Origin: Azolla caroliniana
Taxonomy: Eukaryota > Plantae > Polypodiophyta
Assembly (NCBI GenBank): GCA_043228905.1
Contig: JBHGNT010000022.1
Span: forward strand, 7,006,001 to 7,070,000
DNA: 64,000 bases
Reading direction: 5' to 3'
In this document: one piece after another, positions 14,501 through 26,611 of the stretch
How positions within the stretch are numbered: position 1 is the first letter of the stretch
Layout of the letters: every line of letters starts with the position of its first letter
Notes under the pieces: generated by a model
Seen by the model: the letters and a program-made list of their open reading frames with translations, nothing else
Told to the model about the DNA's origin: nothing
Database searches by the model: none
Position numbers and translations under genes: made by a program

Positions 14501-16921
14501 GCGAAATGGGATACCGACTCTGGGACCCCGAACGCAGACAAATCGTTCGAAGTTCGGACGTTGTGTTCAACGAGTCGGCTATGAATCCATCAGTCGAAAA
14601 ACCGATCGAAGTCCGAAGGGTAACATTCTCCGATGTGCCGACCCTTCAAGAAGGCCCCGCTCTCAACACACGGTCAGCTTCACGGGTAGCTGAACCTTAT
14701 ACTACCGACTCGGACAACTCTGACTCGGCACAGCCCGAATGATTCGGTTTCGGACCATCCGACCTCGATACCCGATGCGACCAGTCCAATCATACCTCGA
14801 CGATCCGAGAGACTGTCGCAACCTCCGGAGAGGTATTCTCCTGGAATTTTCTTCACCGACGCCGGCGAACCGACGTCTTACGAAGAAGCATCGACATCTG
14901 TCGATTCGGCCACCTGGCATCTGGCGATGGAGTCGGAAATGCACTCCATCCGTGCAAACAAGACTTGGGATCTGGTCGAATTACCTAGGAACCGACGTGC
15001 TCTTCCTTGCAAGTGGGTTTATCGACTAAAAGAGACGTCTGATTCGACCACCCCAAAGTACAAGGCCAGATTAGTTGCGAAGGGCTTCCGACAAGAATAT
15101 GGCGTCGACTTCGACGAGATTTTTTCACCAGTGGTGAAAATGACAACCCTTCGTTTTCTGCTCGGCGTCGTGGCAGCCGACAACTTGGAGCTGATTCAGC
15201 TAGATGTCAAAACAGCCTTCCTCCATGGTGATCTCGAGGAGGAAATTTATATGGAGCAGCCAAAAGGCTTCGTGGCAACTGGCCAAGAACATCTAGTCTG
15301 CCGACTCAGGAAGAGTCTATACGGCCTCAAACAGGCACCGCGACAATGGTACAAGAAGTTCGACGACTTCATCCAATCGATCGGCTTCTCCAAAAGCGAT
15401 GAGGACCATTGTCTCTTCACCAATACAGCTCAAGATGGATCACCCATCTTCCTCATCATTTACGTGGACGACATGCTAATTTTTGGACGCCACGCGGGCG
15501 AACTTGCCGATCTCGTTCGGCAACTGCAGTTGAAGTTTGCCATGGAGGACCTCGGTCCGGCACGACACATCCTTGGCATGAAGATTAGTCGGCATCGCGA
15601 TAAACGACATCTTTTTTTGTCTCAGACCGACTATATCGGACGTGTCTTGGAACGCTTCAACATGCAATCAGCCAAATCTGCTTCAACCCCACTCCCTATG
15701 AATCTTCGGCTCTCTCAGCGAGACTGCCCGACATCCGGTTCGGAGGGGGAAGATATGAAGTCGGTACCGTATGCACCGGCAGTCGGCTCCCTTATGTACC
15801 TGATGGTCGCGACACGGCTTGACATCTCTCATGCCGTAGGAGTCGTTAGCAGATTTATGCACAATCCTGGCCGATCGCATTGGAACGCAGTCAAGCATGT
15901 GTTCAGATATCTGGCTGGCACAAAAGATCACGGCATTCTTTTCGGTCCGAACCGAACCTCAGGCGTAGTCGGTTACACCGACTCGGACTTCGCCGGCTGT
16001 ATAGACAGTCGGAAATCAACAACCGGATACTGCTTCAAATTCGGCAATGGAGCAATCTCGTGGAAGTCGAAACTTCAGGAGTGCACAGCGACCTCAACGA
16101 CCGAAGCAGAATATGTAGCTGCGTCCGACGCAACAAAAGAAGCTTTGTGGCTCGGTCGGCTGGCGCACACGTTTCGACAAGTCGAACATGACTCGGCTCC
16201 AGTTGTCTACAGCGACAGTCAAGGTGCTGTTGCCTTGTCGAAAAATCCGGTTCACCACAACGCCTCCAAACATATCGATGTTCGATATCACTTCGTTCGG
16301 GACTGCGTCATTTCAGGGAAAATCGGTCTAGAGAAAATATCCACAACCGACAATGTCGCAGATGGAATGACCAAGTGTCTTTCGGCAGACCGTTTTCGGT
16401 CTCTTCGGCATCAGATGGGCGTAACGACAAACCAGTCCGGTTAGAGCCGGACACAGAGCAGGATGGTTCCCGACAACCGACATCAGTTCCTTAATGATCG
16501 GCTTCAACTGTTCCGACCCGACCAGTTCGGTCTTCTGCCTTCGGACCCTGCCGACTCGAACAAAGCTGATATGTCCGAGAACCTAAGTCTATACCTGTAA
16601 CCTTAGATAACCCATGTATACGCCCATTACGGGGGAGTGTCGAATACCTGTGTATAATGGACGTATTCACACCATCCCGTTTTGGCCATTTATGTAATTA
16701 GCATAAAGGGCAGTTGCCCTAAGTCGGTCACTATATATAGTGACCTTGTAACCTCTTTGTGAGGTTGGTTGTTGTATTGTTGCTTTATGAAATAAGAAAC
16801 TCTTTTGTGTGTGTCTCTCTCTCTCTCTCTCTGTGCAACGACCTACATTCTGTCATACACAGGGAATAAACAGGAATCGAGTGCTTCAAGATCTTCCGCA
16901 CAGACGACATTACTTCCAACA
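11572..16921 (+). mobile_element. Young full-length Ty1/copia element
   Basis: LTRs 11572-11857 and 16638-16921, nearly identical; TSD GGCTC 11567-11571/16922-16926; PBS TGGTATCAGAGC 11860-11871; PPT GGGGGAG 16631-16637. Confidence 0.96.
12430..16444 (+). CDS. gag-pol: Copia Gag-PR-INT-RT-RNase H polyprotein with one +1 frameshift near 14735
   Basis: ORFs 12427-14742 and 14927-16444: CNYCKKPGHIKADC, WLLDSGAS, LVHSDVCGP, RTDNGGEF, YVDDML, YTDSDFAG. The second frame reads open back to ~14741. Confidence 0.92.
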
Positions 16922-17587
16922 GGCTCAACCATGTATGTTCGCGTCATGAGTAGTTTATACACGAAAAAAATGTTAACAATAAACTATGTTTCTTTGCCCA
17001 CGTATGTGGTTTTGGCTCTTTAAGTCCTATTACGAGGACCCCGAAGTGCACTTAGACCTTAAGTCTAAACATGTGTTATAGTCATATGTATCAAGGATGT
17101 TGTATGGTCTTGGTCATATTTGAACTCAAGACCTCGAGAACACATATTCATTAAACACTTGAGCCAACCAAGTAAGTTGCTCTTCTCGAATGCTTAATGT
17201 TTGATGCGTATAAGAGATATGCGAGGCATTTGATCATATATGTTTTTTTTTAAAAGAACATATATGTCAAGGGTCCTTATTTCGCCCTCATTTACCAAAA
17301 CTATGTTGGTACGTTACCTAACCTCAAGTCTCGTAATTACGATGGCATACGCCAAAGTGCAACCTAATGGTCAAGCCAAATGAGCCCTCGTTTCGTAGTA
17401 GGCCCACGTGGCCCATCACATGGTCACGTCATTACGAATGCCTCTCGTAAGAACGAGCTCATGGTGGCATCGTATCCATGTAACGAGGGAGGGATGTTGG
17501 ATACGTGTGTCATTGGAGCGACCTCACTTGAAGTGGGTCAAGCCCTACGTACTCAACATCATTATGGCTATAGGCGTTTCTTTACGT

Positions 17588-20500
17588 TGTCGCGTTGTTA
17601 CGCGCGTGCGTGTAGAAGGGGCGGGACCGCGGGGGTCTTGGACTAGGGAGTGGAGGAGAAAGAATAGGACATGATATGGAGGCTTAGCTCAAGAGGAGAA
17701 GAGGAAAGAATAAGACCACGACATCGAAGGAGGGATCGGCGGAGGCAAGATGCTCAACAAGTTATATTAAAACAATGAATGGTTACAACAATGGTGGCCA
17801 CCATGGCCGCACCAAAATGACTATCCGAAAACCCTAAAGGGAAACCCAAGAAGAAAACCCTAACCGAAACCCTAACCCTAAAACGAAATGGGAAGAGGGA
17901 AAACCCTAGACTAAGTGGTATACCTTACTCGCACAAAATAGGCAACAACTTCATAAGTGACCCCTCCCTTCCTTTTATAGCCCAAGGAGGGAGGGACCTT
18001 ACAATGTGGGACAAAATTTTCCCCTCTCTTTCTATACACCATATCCTAGTATACATGTGCACATGTTGCACACCACCGACTTGCCCCTTCCACCCCGGTT
18101 TCCGCCTATGGACAAAAATCTTCACGACATCCACCCCCACCAAACCGCACATCCACCGGTATGTGCCAAGAAAGGAAAATGGTGAGAGATTTCGTCCATG
18201 GTAATTAACCGGGTCTTTCGCCTTACCGACACCCAACCGCCTTGCCAGTCCCTTGCTAGCGCCGATCCGTCTTGCCGGCCCCGACCCGCCGACTCCATCC
18301 GATCCACCACGTCCACCGCGTTTCCCCGAACCGTCGGCTCCATTCGATCCGCCATGTCCGGCGCATGCACCTTCTTCTTCGACCGGCCATCCCGAACACC
18401 GTTGCCGATCCGGTCTCCCTTCCTTCGCTCACTGCGCATGTCCTCCGGTTAGACCCCCAATTACTTCGATTGCTCGTCGGGTGCCGCTCCTCGCATATCG
18501 CGTATGTTCCACCTCCGGCTCGACCTTCTCCTCGCCCCGAATACCTTGTACCGACTCCCTTCGTTCTGCACTCGGCTTCCGTAGTCACTTTCCGTGCGTC
18601 GTTGTCGTCCATCGAATGCGTGCTCGTTCTTCGGTCCTTACGTGACCCCATTACGCGCTCCTTGCTTCTCCCTTGCTCGTCGTGCTCTCTTGCCGTAGAG
18701 CGTACCATCATCCCGACCACCATGTCAATGTCCTTCGCGACTCCCGTTACTGCTTCATCCCGACTCTCGTCCTCTTGGCCCGCTTGGCCTCCCATGCCTT
18801 CCGGGAAGCCGTGCTTCCTCTTCCCGGCGCGTAGCCCGTTGCTCTCCACGCACCTCCTCCGGTTCTCAAGACATAGCCTTTCACGCTCGCCGATCATCCT
18901 CATGCTTGTCGTTCGGCCCTTACGCGGCCACATCGCACGTCTCGCACTCCGCTCCGCTCTGCGTCCCCTTTCGAAAAGGTACGTTGCTTCCCCGACATCC
19001 GTGTCGGTGCTCTCGTCTTCGGTGTCCTCCACAACCTCTGATGTTGCCGCTTCGCCCCGAGGTACACCCTCTTGGTCTGCCTGGCCTTGTATACCCTCCG
19101 GGAAGCCGCCACATTTTCTCTTCCTGGTGTGTACCCCGTTGTTCTCCGCGCATCCCCTCCGTTTTCCCAAACACAATCCTTCGTTCACGCCGATCACGCC
19201 CGTCTCGTTTTGTTGATCTTGGCGTCTCGTCGCACCGCCCGTCGTCCCGCACTTGCCTCTTGAAGGCTTTCCCCGACCGTCATCGTCGGTCACTCGTTGC
19301 GGCTCTTCCGGGTGCATGCTTGCTTCTTGGCCCTTCGCCGACCGTAGTGCACGCTCCGTTCTACCTCGTAATGCATGGTTTGTGTTACACACTTCCCTCG
19401 TTGTAGTCCCGACCTCCGCATCGGCCTCTTCGTATTTCGTTGCCGTAGCCCCTTTCGACTCCGGCTTGCCGTCTTGGCCGTGCCCGTCCGCCTTCATGCA
19501 CCGGGTACCCGTTCCGGTAGCCTCATCCGTTCCGGTCTCCGACTCCTCGCCGCCTTCCGCCGTCTCTTTGGTCTTACGTCGATCCGCAACCGCCAAAGTC
19601 TCAAGAATAGGTGAGGAGGGTCCCTCTCGCTCTTGGCCTCCCACCGAGTCGTACTCCTTGTGCATGCTTGGCCTCCTTCTTGTGCTCACCGGCTCCCACC
19701 GAGTGTTGTGGCCCGTTCGCCCGGATCGGTCTCGGCCGATCGAGTCCTGGTTTGCTCGGCTCCCTTCCGTAATCGTAACCGGCTGGTACATGTTTGTCCG
19801 AACAAATCCAGCCTTGTCGGCTCTTCTTCGGTTCGGGCCCGGTTGACCGGACCCCGCTCCAATCTTCTTCCGCGTCGTCTTCCGGTCATGTCAGATTATC
19901 GACCGGTTCATCTTCCGGTCGGGTCGGTTCCCGACTCTCTCCTCTTTGCCGCTCCCGACCTCTCCGTCGGTCCTCTCGTATATGCCCATTCCGGGCCTCG
20001 CGTCCTCATCTTCGTACGTGTTCGCTCCGGGCCACACCTGCTCATGGCCACCGCCCTTCTCTCCGGTCTTATGTTGGCATTCGAGCGCAACCGCCGTAGT
20101 CTCCGGTCTCGGTGTCGAGAGGTCTTGCCTCCGTCCGCTATGACCTTCCTCGTCGTTGTTTCGATCGTCCGCTTTGCCGCCGCCACCTTCCGTCTCTCCG
20201 GTCTCACGTGGGCTCTCGGGGCCGACTACCGAAGTCTCTAGTATAGGTGTGGGACAAGTCCCGATACCGTTACTCGCCAATGCCATGTTCGTAGCCACCT
20301 TCGTTCGGACGCCGTGGTCCGTGGCTATCTCTTCCTCGTTCTCTTCGTCGCCGTGGTAGGCCGCCTTGCCGCCACCACCGCCCGTCGCTCTAGGTCTCAC
20401 GCCGGCACTCGGGCCGGCCGCCGGAGCCTCTAGGACTGGTGTGGGTAAGGACCCGGCACCGCCACTCGTTGTGTCAGTAGCCGCTTCCGTCCGGTCGTTG

Positions 20501-22009
20501 TTGTCCGCGGCTACCCCATCTCCGATTCCGCAAACCTCGATTACGCTTGCCACCATCTATCCCATGCCGTCATCTCGGTTGCCCGCCTTGCCGCCGCCAC
20601 CGTCCGTCACTCTAGGTCTCACACCGGCTCTCGGGCCGGATGCCAGAGTCCCTAGGACCGGTGTGTGTAAGGTCGCGGCACCGCCGCTTGTCCGCTCCTC
20701 ACTCAATGTTTCGGGCCGCCATGTCCCGAATCCGTAGTTACCAGCCTCCATGGCCGTCCCTTCACCGCAAGGCAAGAGGGTCGCTTGCTCCGCACCCTCT
20801 CCTATCTCGCCGTCGTACGCTCTCCCGGCCTCCGTATAGGCCCCGTCTTCTACGTCTAGGGAGGCTTCTTCCTCCGCATCCTCTGATCGCCTCCGGCCCG
20901 TCTCCATAACAAGCCCTTCTTCGGCTCCGATTTTTGCCTTCACAAGCTCGCATGCCTCTCGTATTAGCGCTTCTAGGTCGAGCTCCTCCGAACCGTTTTG
21001 CGTTGAGCTCTCTTCCGGCGGTAGTGCGTACTCACTTGCCGCTCTCTCTTCTCTGCCGCTCGCGGGCCACGTTGTTGCCGACTGCTCCCCATCGGGTTGC
21101 CGGCATACCCACTCCGGTTTCGCGTATCCGCACGCTTCCAATAGGGCTACCTTCAAGGACACCCACAACTCGTGAGCTTCTCGTAGCTCCTTGACCTCCT
21201 TGTGCACCGATGCGGCCGCCACTCGAGGAAAATACTCTAGCCGCATCTCCTTGTCCACGCCCCCTTTCGCCATCTCGGCCTCGTAGGCTCCCAAAAATTT
21301 TGGGACCTCATTCCCATCGAACCGGCCGACTCGATCGACCACCCTTTCGACGGCTTGTTGAGCCGCATCTCGCTTCGCCATCTTCCGTCCGGCTTCCATC
21401 ACGATTTTTGCCATCATCTCCTCGAAGTCCAAGTCTTCTTCCATCTTCACGTCGGGTTCACCAAGGATGTCGCGTTGTTACGCGCGTGCGTGTAGAAGGG
21501 GTGGGACCGCGGGGGTCTTGGACTAGGGAGTGGAGGAGAAAGAATAGGACATGATATGGAGGCTTAGCTCAAGAGGAGAAGAGGAAAGAATAAGACCACA
21601 ACATCGAAGGAGGGATCGGCGGAGGCAAGATGCTCAACAAGTTATATTAAAACAATGAATGGTTACAACAATGGTGGCCGCCATGGCCGCAACAAAATGA
21701 CTATCCGAAAACCCTAAAGGGAAACCCAAGAAGAAAACCCTAACCGCAACCCTAACCCTAAAACGAAATGGGAAGAGGGAGAACCCTAGACTAAGTGGTA
21801 TACCTTACTCGCACAAAATAGGCAACAACTTCATAAGTGACCCCTCCCTTCCTTTTATAGCCCAAGGAGGGAGGGACCTTACAATGTGGGACAAAATTTT
21901 CCCCTCTCTTTCTATACACCATATCCTAGTATACATGTGCACATGTTGCACACCACCGACTTGCCCCTTCCACCCCGGTTTCCGCCTATGGACGAAAATC
22001 TTCACGACA
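17588..22009 (-). mobile_element. Gag-only (TR-GAG-like), tRNA-Trp-primed LTR element, copy 2 (young, complete, 4.4 kb)
   Basis: 542-bp LTRs 17588-18129 and 21468-22009 (about 7 differences by eye); TSD ACGT 17584-17587/22010-22013; PBS TTCACGTCGGGTTCACCA (on +) 21446-21463 matches the plant tRNA-Trp 3' end as recalled; PPT 18130-18138. Confidence 0.92.
18256..21450 (-). CDS. gag: Gag capsid-like N-terminus plus long acidic/low-complexity tail; one frame with two internal stops
   Basis: ORFs 20557-21450, 19891-20556 and 18256-19791 share a frame; N-terminus GRFDGNEVPKFLGAYEAEM..W..LK..LL is capsid-like; no PR/RT/INT motifs. Confidence 0.7.
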
Positions 22010-24565
22010 ACGTAACAAAATCGAGGTCATCAACGGGGTTGTCAAGAATAAAAAATTTATGAAAAAGGGATGGTGACAACGCCATTCTCACAAAAATGTG
22101 AGGACGGCCACCAACATCCTTTTCCCGACAAGGACAACTTTCGATATAATCACGTAATAACGAATATACACATATGTTTACTTATCACATATATACGATC
22201 AAATACGTATATAGGTGACCACATATGCCTATATTAAACATATCGTTATATTAAATAGCCACAAATGATGTGATCGAGATACATAATCGAGGTATATACC
22301 TCTACGCACACGAAACATCCACAAATAAGAGATCATCGTAATACGAAATTGAGGTTTTGACCTCTTACACATATCCTTTACAACAAATCAAGGTATTAAA
22401 CTCATACGCAAACGTAACATATGTTCGTGAATGTAATACGTAATTGAGGTATTAACCTCGTACGCATACGACACTCATCACATATTATTTATATGTCAAA
22501 CGAGGTATTGACCTCGTGCGCATATGTAAACGTTTTAGATAATCAATTAAAGACCACTACAACATCATTGACTTAATGAAAAAAAATGACATATAAACTA
22601 AACACATGATTAGATGGGAGAAGAGAGAATAGAAAAGAAAAGAAAAGAAAATTACGGAAAGAGTTACCGAAGTTCTTTGTTGATCATTGTCTAGATCAAG
22701 GCCGACCGCACATCGATCGATCACCATCAATCAAAAGACAAAAGACAAACAAAGAAACATTAGTACATAGCTCTGATACCAAATATTAGAGATCTAGGTA
22801 CTAAAGTAAGCTTAAGATAAGGATAAACTAATGATAAATAGAAAGGAGAAAGAGAAAGAAGGGTGCCGATCCACCCGACCACCCCCGAGCGAAGGGATCG
22901 AGACGAACTTGAGCCTCGATCGGCGTCCCATACCATTGCCGTGGCGTCGAGTCGTACTTGGTGCTGGCGCGCTCGCTACAAGAGTTGATCCACCACAAGA
23001 GCAGAGTCTTTATGTAGTCAAAAGATGATCAAATGAGGGTAGCTAGGCCTCTTATTTATAGCGATACCCAAGGCCCCCAGGCAAGTTCACACTTGACCTA
23101 ATGGGTTGTCTCAATCCCGAGGATTAAAAGTAATCCTCCCCTTCTTTACACTCTCGTTTAACCCTCACACTTATCCACGTGTATAGAATACTACGGTAAA
23201 TTCTCACCACGGGATATTAAATGGTTATGCCCGTAACATTACGTGCCCCTCGTTTCTCCCTTGTTTGCGGTGATCCCTTGCGGTAGAGCATACCTCCATC
23301 CTGACATCCGTGTCGGTGTACCCCGCTTCGGCGCCTTTGTGGCTCTCGTTACCGCTTTGTCTCGACCCGCTTGGCCTTGCACGTCCTCCGGGATGCCACG
23401 TTTTCTCTTCCCAGTGCGTAGCCCTTTGTCCTCCACGGACCTCCTTTGGTTTTCAAGACACAACCTTCCGCTCACGCCGTTCATTCGTCGATCTTAGCAA
23501 CTCACCGCTTCGGCCTCCGTCTCGTACTTGCCTCTCAAAGTCTCAACTGGTCCGCTATTTCCGGTCACTCGTTGTGGCTCCTCCGGATGCATGCTCGTTT
23601 CTTGGCCCTCCGCCATCCATAATCCATGCTTCGTATCGTGCCGTTCACCCGCCGTAGACCTGACCTCCGCGTTGGCCTCTTCTTCCTTTGTCGTCGTAGT
23701 CCCTTCCAATTCCGATTGGCCCTCTTGACCCCGTTCGTCCGTCTTTCCGCACCGGATGCCTATTCCGGCACGCTCATATGCTTCGGCCTTCGACTCCTCG
23801 CCGCCACCCGCCGTCTCTCTGGTCTTAAGTTGGCACTCGGGCATAACCGTCGTAGTCTCCGACACCGATGTCGAGGGATCTCGTCTTTGTCCGCTACAAA
23901 CTTCCTAATTCTCCTTGTTGTTATCTCGGTTGCCTGCTTTGCTGCTGCCACCTTCTGTCTCTCTTGTCTCACGTGGGCTCTCGTGGCTGACCGCCGAAGT
24001 CTCTAGAACCGGTGTAGGCAAAGTCCCGGCACCATCGCTCGTTGATGTCATGTCTGTAGCCACCTCCATTTGGACGCCGTTGTCCGTGGCTACCCCATTC
24101 TCAATTACACAAGCCTCCTCCTTGTTCGATTTTTCAGGCAACCATGTCCCATAACTTCTGCCCACTCTCGAAGTGGCGCTCATTGCTCCGTAGTCTCCGA
24201 CCTTCTCCATGGCCGTCCCTTTTCTGCAAGACGAGAGGGTCGCTTGCTCCACACCCTCTCCCACGTCACTGCCGTTGTGTGCTCTTTCGGCCTCCACATA
24301 GGCCCCGTCCTCCGCGTGTAGGGAGGCATCCTGTCGAACCCAACTCCATAATAAACCCCTCTTCGGCTTCGATCTTCTACTTCACAATTTTGTACGCCTC
24401 ACATATCAATGCTTCTAGGTCAAACTCCTCCGAACCATTATGCGTTGAGCTCTCTTCCGGTGGTAGTGCATCACTCACTGCCCTCGGGCCGTGTTGTCGC
24501 CGACCGCTTCTCATTGTGTCGCCGGCATATCCATTCCACTTCGGACCAATCCTTGTTGAGACCGT

Positions 24566-25539
24566 TGTCATGAAGATTTTCGGCAACGGTGTGAAAATCA
24601 CGTGGACCGGAGAAAATCGAGAAGGTGCAATGTGCACACGAATGAATGGGGTGATGGTTACACGCCTACGTTAGCATGTTGTAAATATAAATGAAATGAG
24701 AACCCCTAAGTCCTAGTAGCATTTTCGTGCATACCAAGGGGTGCAAGTAAGGTTTGAACCTTGCACCTCCAAGTTAAGCCACAATTGACTTACCATTAGG
24801 CTAAGTTGTTACTTGTTATATTTTAATCATTGTATTCTTCACGTGTAAATGCTCATACATTAGAGCTTGAATGAGGGACATGGTCATCATGCATCACATG
24901 AGATGCATGAGCACCAAATGGCAATCATGCATTGTATGCATGTCTTACACCCTCACATGCATCATATGCATGGGGGCATTTATATAAGAAAGAAAGAAGG
25001 AGGCATCAATCAAGCTATGCATTGAATCAACATCTTAATATTAAAAAACCTACTTATCTTATTTGTAACTTATCTTGTTTCTCAACATTGATGTCAAGGG
25101 GTGAAACCCAGAATTGGAATTTCCATCCATCTATCTATCTATCTTAAACACTTCCTCAATTCCCGTCTCTCTCTCTCTCTCTCTCACACAACCACATTAG
25201 TGCGTCACTTCAACTACTACAATTTCATTTCGTGTGGTCATTCACTGTATCTCTGGAATTCTTGTCAAGAAGGAAATAGCACCAGCAAAGATCATTTCGC
25301 CGTCGTCGTCGCCCGCTAAACGTTGCACACCACCACATTACCGCTGCGTACACATCAATCCACCGCATCGCTGATTCTAGTTCGGGTGCGTCTTAGACAA
25401 CAACGAACAACCTGACAATAAACCTAAAACAACTAATTCATTTCCTCCATAACCACTAGCGGATAGAGGCTCGGTGCTTGTCTATGCTTGTGATGCGCAC
25501 ATTACGACGTTTGGCACATGCGTCTCGCACTACGCGACA
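24566..25539 (+). mobile_element. Solo LTR related to the tRNA-Trp family
   Basis: TGTCATGAAGATTTT..CGCGACA resembles the termini of the copy 2 LTR; TSD CCGT 24562-24565/25540-25543; removing it rejoins the host gag (AHGL..DWSEVE). Confidence 0.85.
24741..24810 (-). promoter_or_regulatory. tRNA-like Pol III A-box/B-box cassette inside the solo LTR
   Basis: On the minus strand TAGCCTAATGGTAAG starts at 24803 and GGTTCAAACC at 24760, 43 nt apart, a tRNA-like spacing. Confidence 0.55.
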
Positions 25540-26611
25540 CCGTGTGCTTCGTAATCATCCTCAAGCTCGAATAGGATGTCCATTCTTTCCTCTTGATGGA
25601 CCGTCTTCCAAAATAGGAGGACTTTGTCCACCCCCACTGATCTCTGATCCCGCTCCGAGAGTTGAGCAAAACGACACTTGAACTCTCGGAATGCTTCCAT
25701 TGCGCTACGACGAGGCTTTGCCGATGCCACCCATCAATCGAACTCTTGGCGACTTCGCCCCTCCAGTTTTTTGTAGCCATATGCCTCCAACGAAGCTTCC
25801 ATCCTTGTCCTCCTTTGCCGCCTTTTCACGTTAGGTTCGCCAAATTATGTCGCGGTATTCCGTGAATATGCCTAGGATCTTAGGCGGGAACGCGGGGGTC
25901 TTGGACTAGGGAATAGAGGAGAAATGGGAGCTTAACCCTTACGACCTTCAAGCTCAAGAGGAAATGAGAAAGAATAGGAGATTAACAAGGAAGGAGAAAA
26001 TAGAGGCAAGATACATAAAGAAGCTATATTAAGAATCCACAAAACGATTACAACCATGGCCTCGTAGGCCGAACCAACCCACTATAAGAAACCATAATCA
26101 GATAGAAGAAGAAGAATAGTAAAACCCTAAAACCCTAAAACCCTAAAACCCTAAAACCCGAAATCCCTAAACCCGAATGGCGACCAAAAGAAACCCAAAA
26201 GTGGAAGCCCCTCCTCACTCAAAATAGGCAACCCCTTCACAAGAGACCCATCACTCCCTTTTATAGTAGTAAGGGGTGCTCGGCACATTAAAAAGGATTG
26301 GTCAAATCCCCTTTCTTTCAAAGGAGAATATGTGACCTCGATCTTAGGAGGTGAGATTGATGGGTCTTAACTCCCTTTCCTCTCACCGACATACTCAATG
26401 CCCACTACTCCCTACACCCATATTTCATGTGCCTCCCTCTAGTCTACAAAGTGCACATCACCTTTATACCTTTACATCTTACTTTTCCTCCTTCATTTGT
26501 CTTTTATTCCTATGTTACAATTTTCCTAAGTTCATGTGTAATGTTGCACATGTTGTTTTATTCCTCCCGCTCGGGTTTTCTCACCATGGCCGAAAATCCG
26601 CACGACACCGG

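Larger units (their letters stand above)
6472..23238 (-). mobile_element. Ty3/gypsy chromovirus, full length, frameshifted, with two nested elements
   Basis: 455-bp LTRs 6472-6926 and 22784-23238; TSD TTACG 6467-6471/23239-23243; tRNA-iMet PBS (GCTCTGATACCA on +) 22770-22781; PPT at 6927; domain order gag-PR-RT-RH-INT-chromodomain. Confidence 0.93.
5189..26607 (-). mobile_element. Gag-only, tRNA-Trp-primed LTR element, copy 1 (old; hosts the chromovirus and a solo LTR)
   Basis: LTRs 5189-5927 and 25848-26607 (TG..CA); TSD CCGG 5185-5188/26608-26611; degenerate PBS TTCACGTTAGGTTCGCCA 25825-25842; PPT at 5928; internal parts homologous to copy 2; no pol motifs seen. Confidence 0.85.

Noticed and set aside
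18272-20737. Long plus-strand ORFs (314, 197, 202 aa)
   Set aside because: Ser/Pro/Arg-rich antisense shadows of the GC-rich Gag tail with no domain motifs.
24741-24810. Functional tRNA gene
   Set aside because: No convincing acceptor or anticodon stem; only the promoter boxes and a T-arm are recognisable.
26121-26170. Interstitial telomere
   Set aside because: Only a few AAAACCCT units inside an LTR, with a shorter version in the partner LTR.
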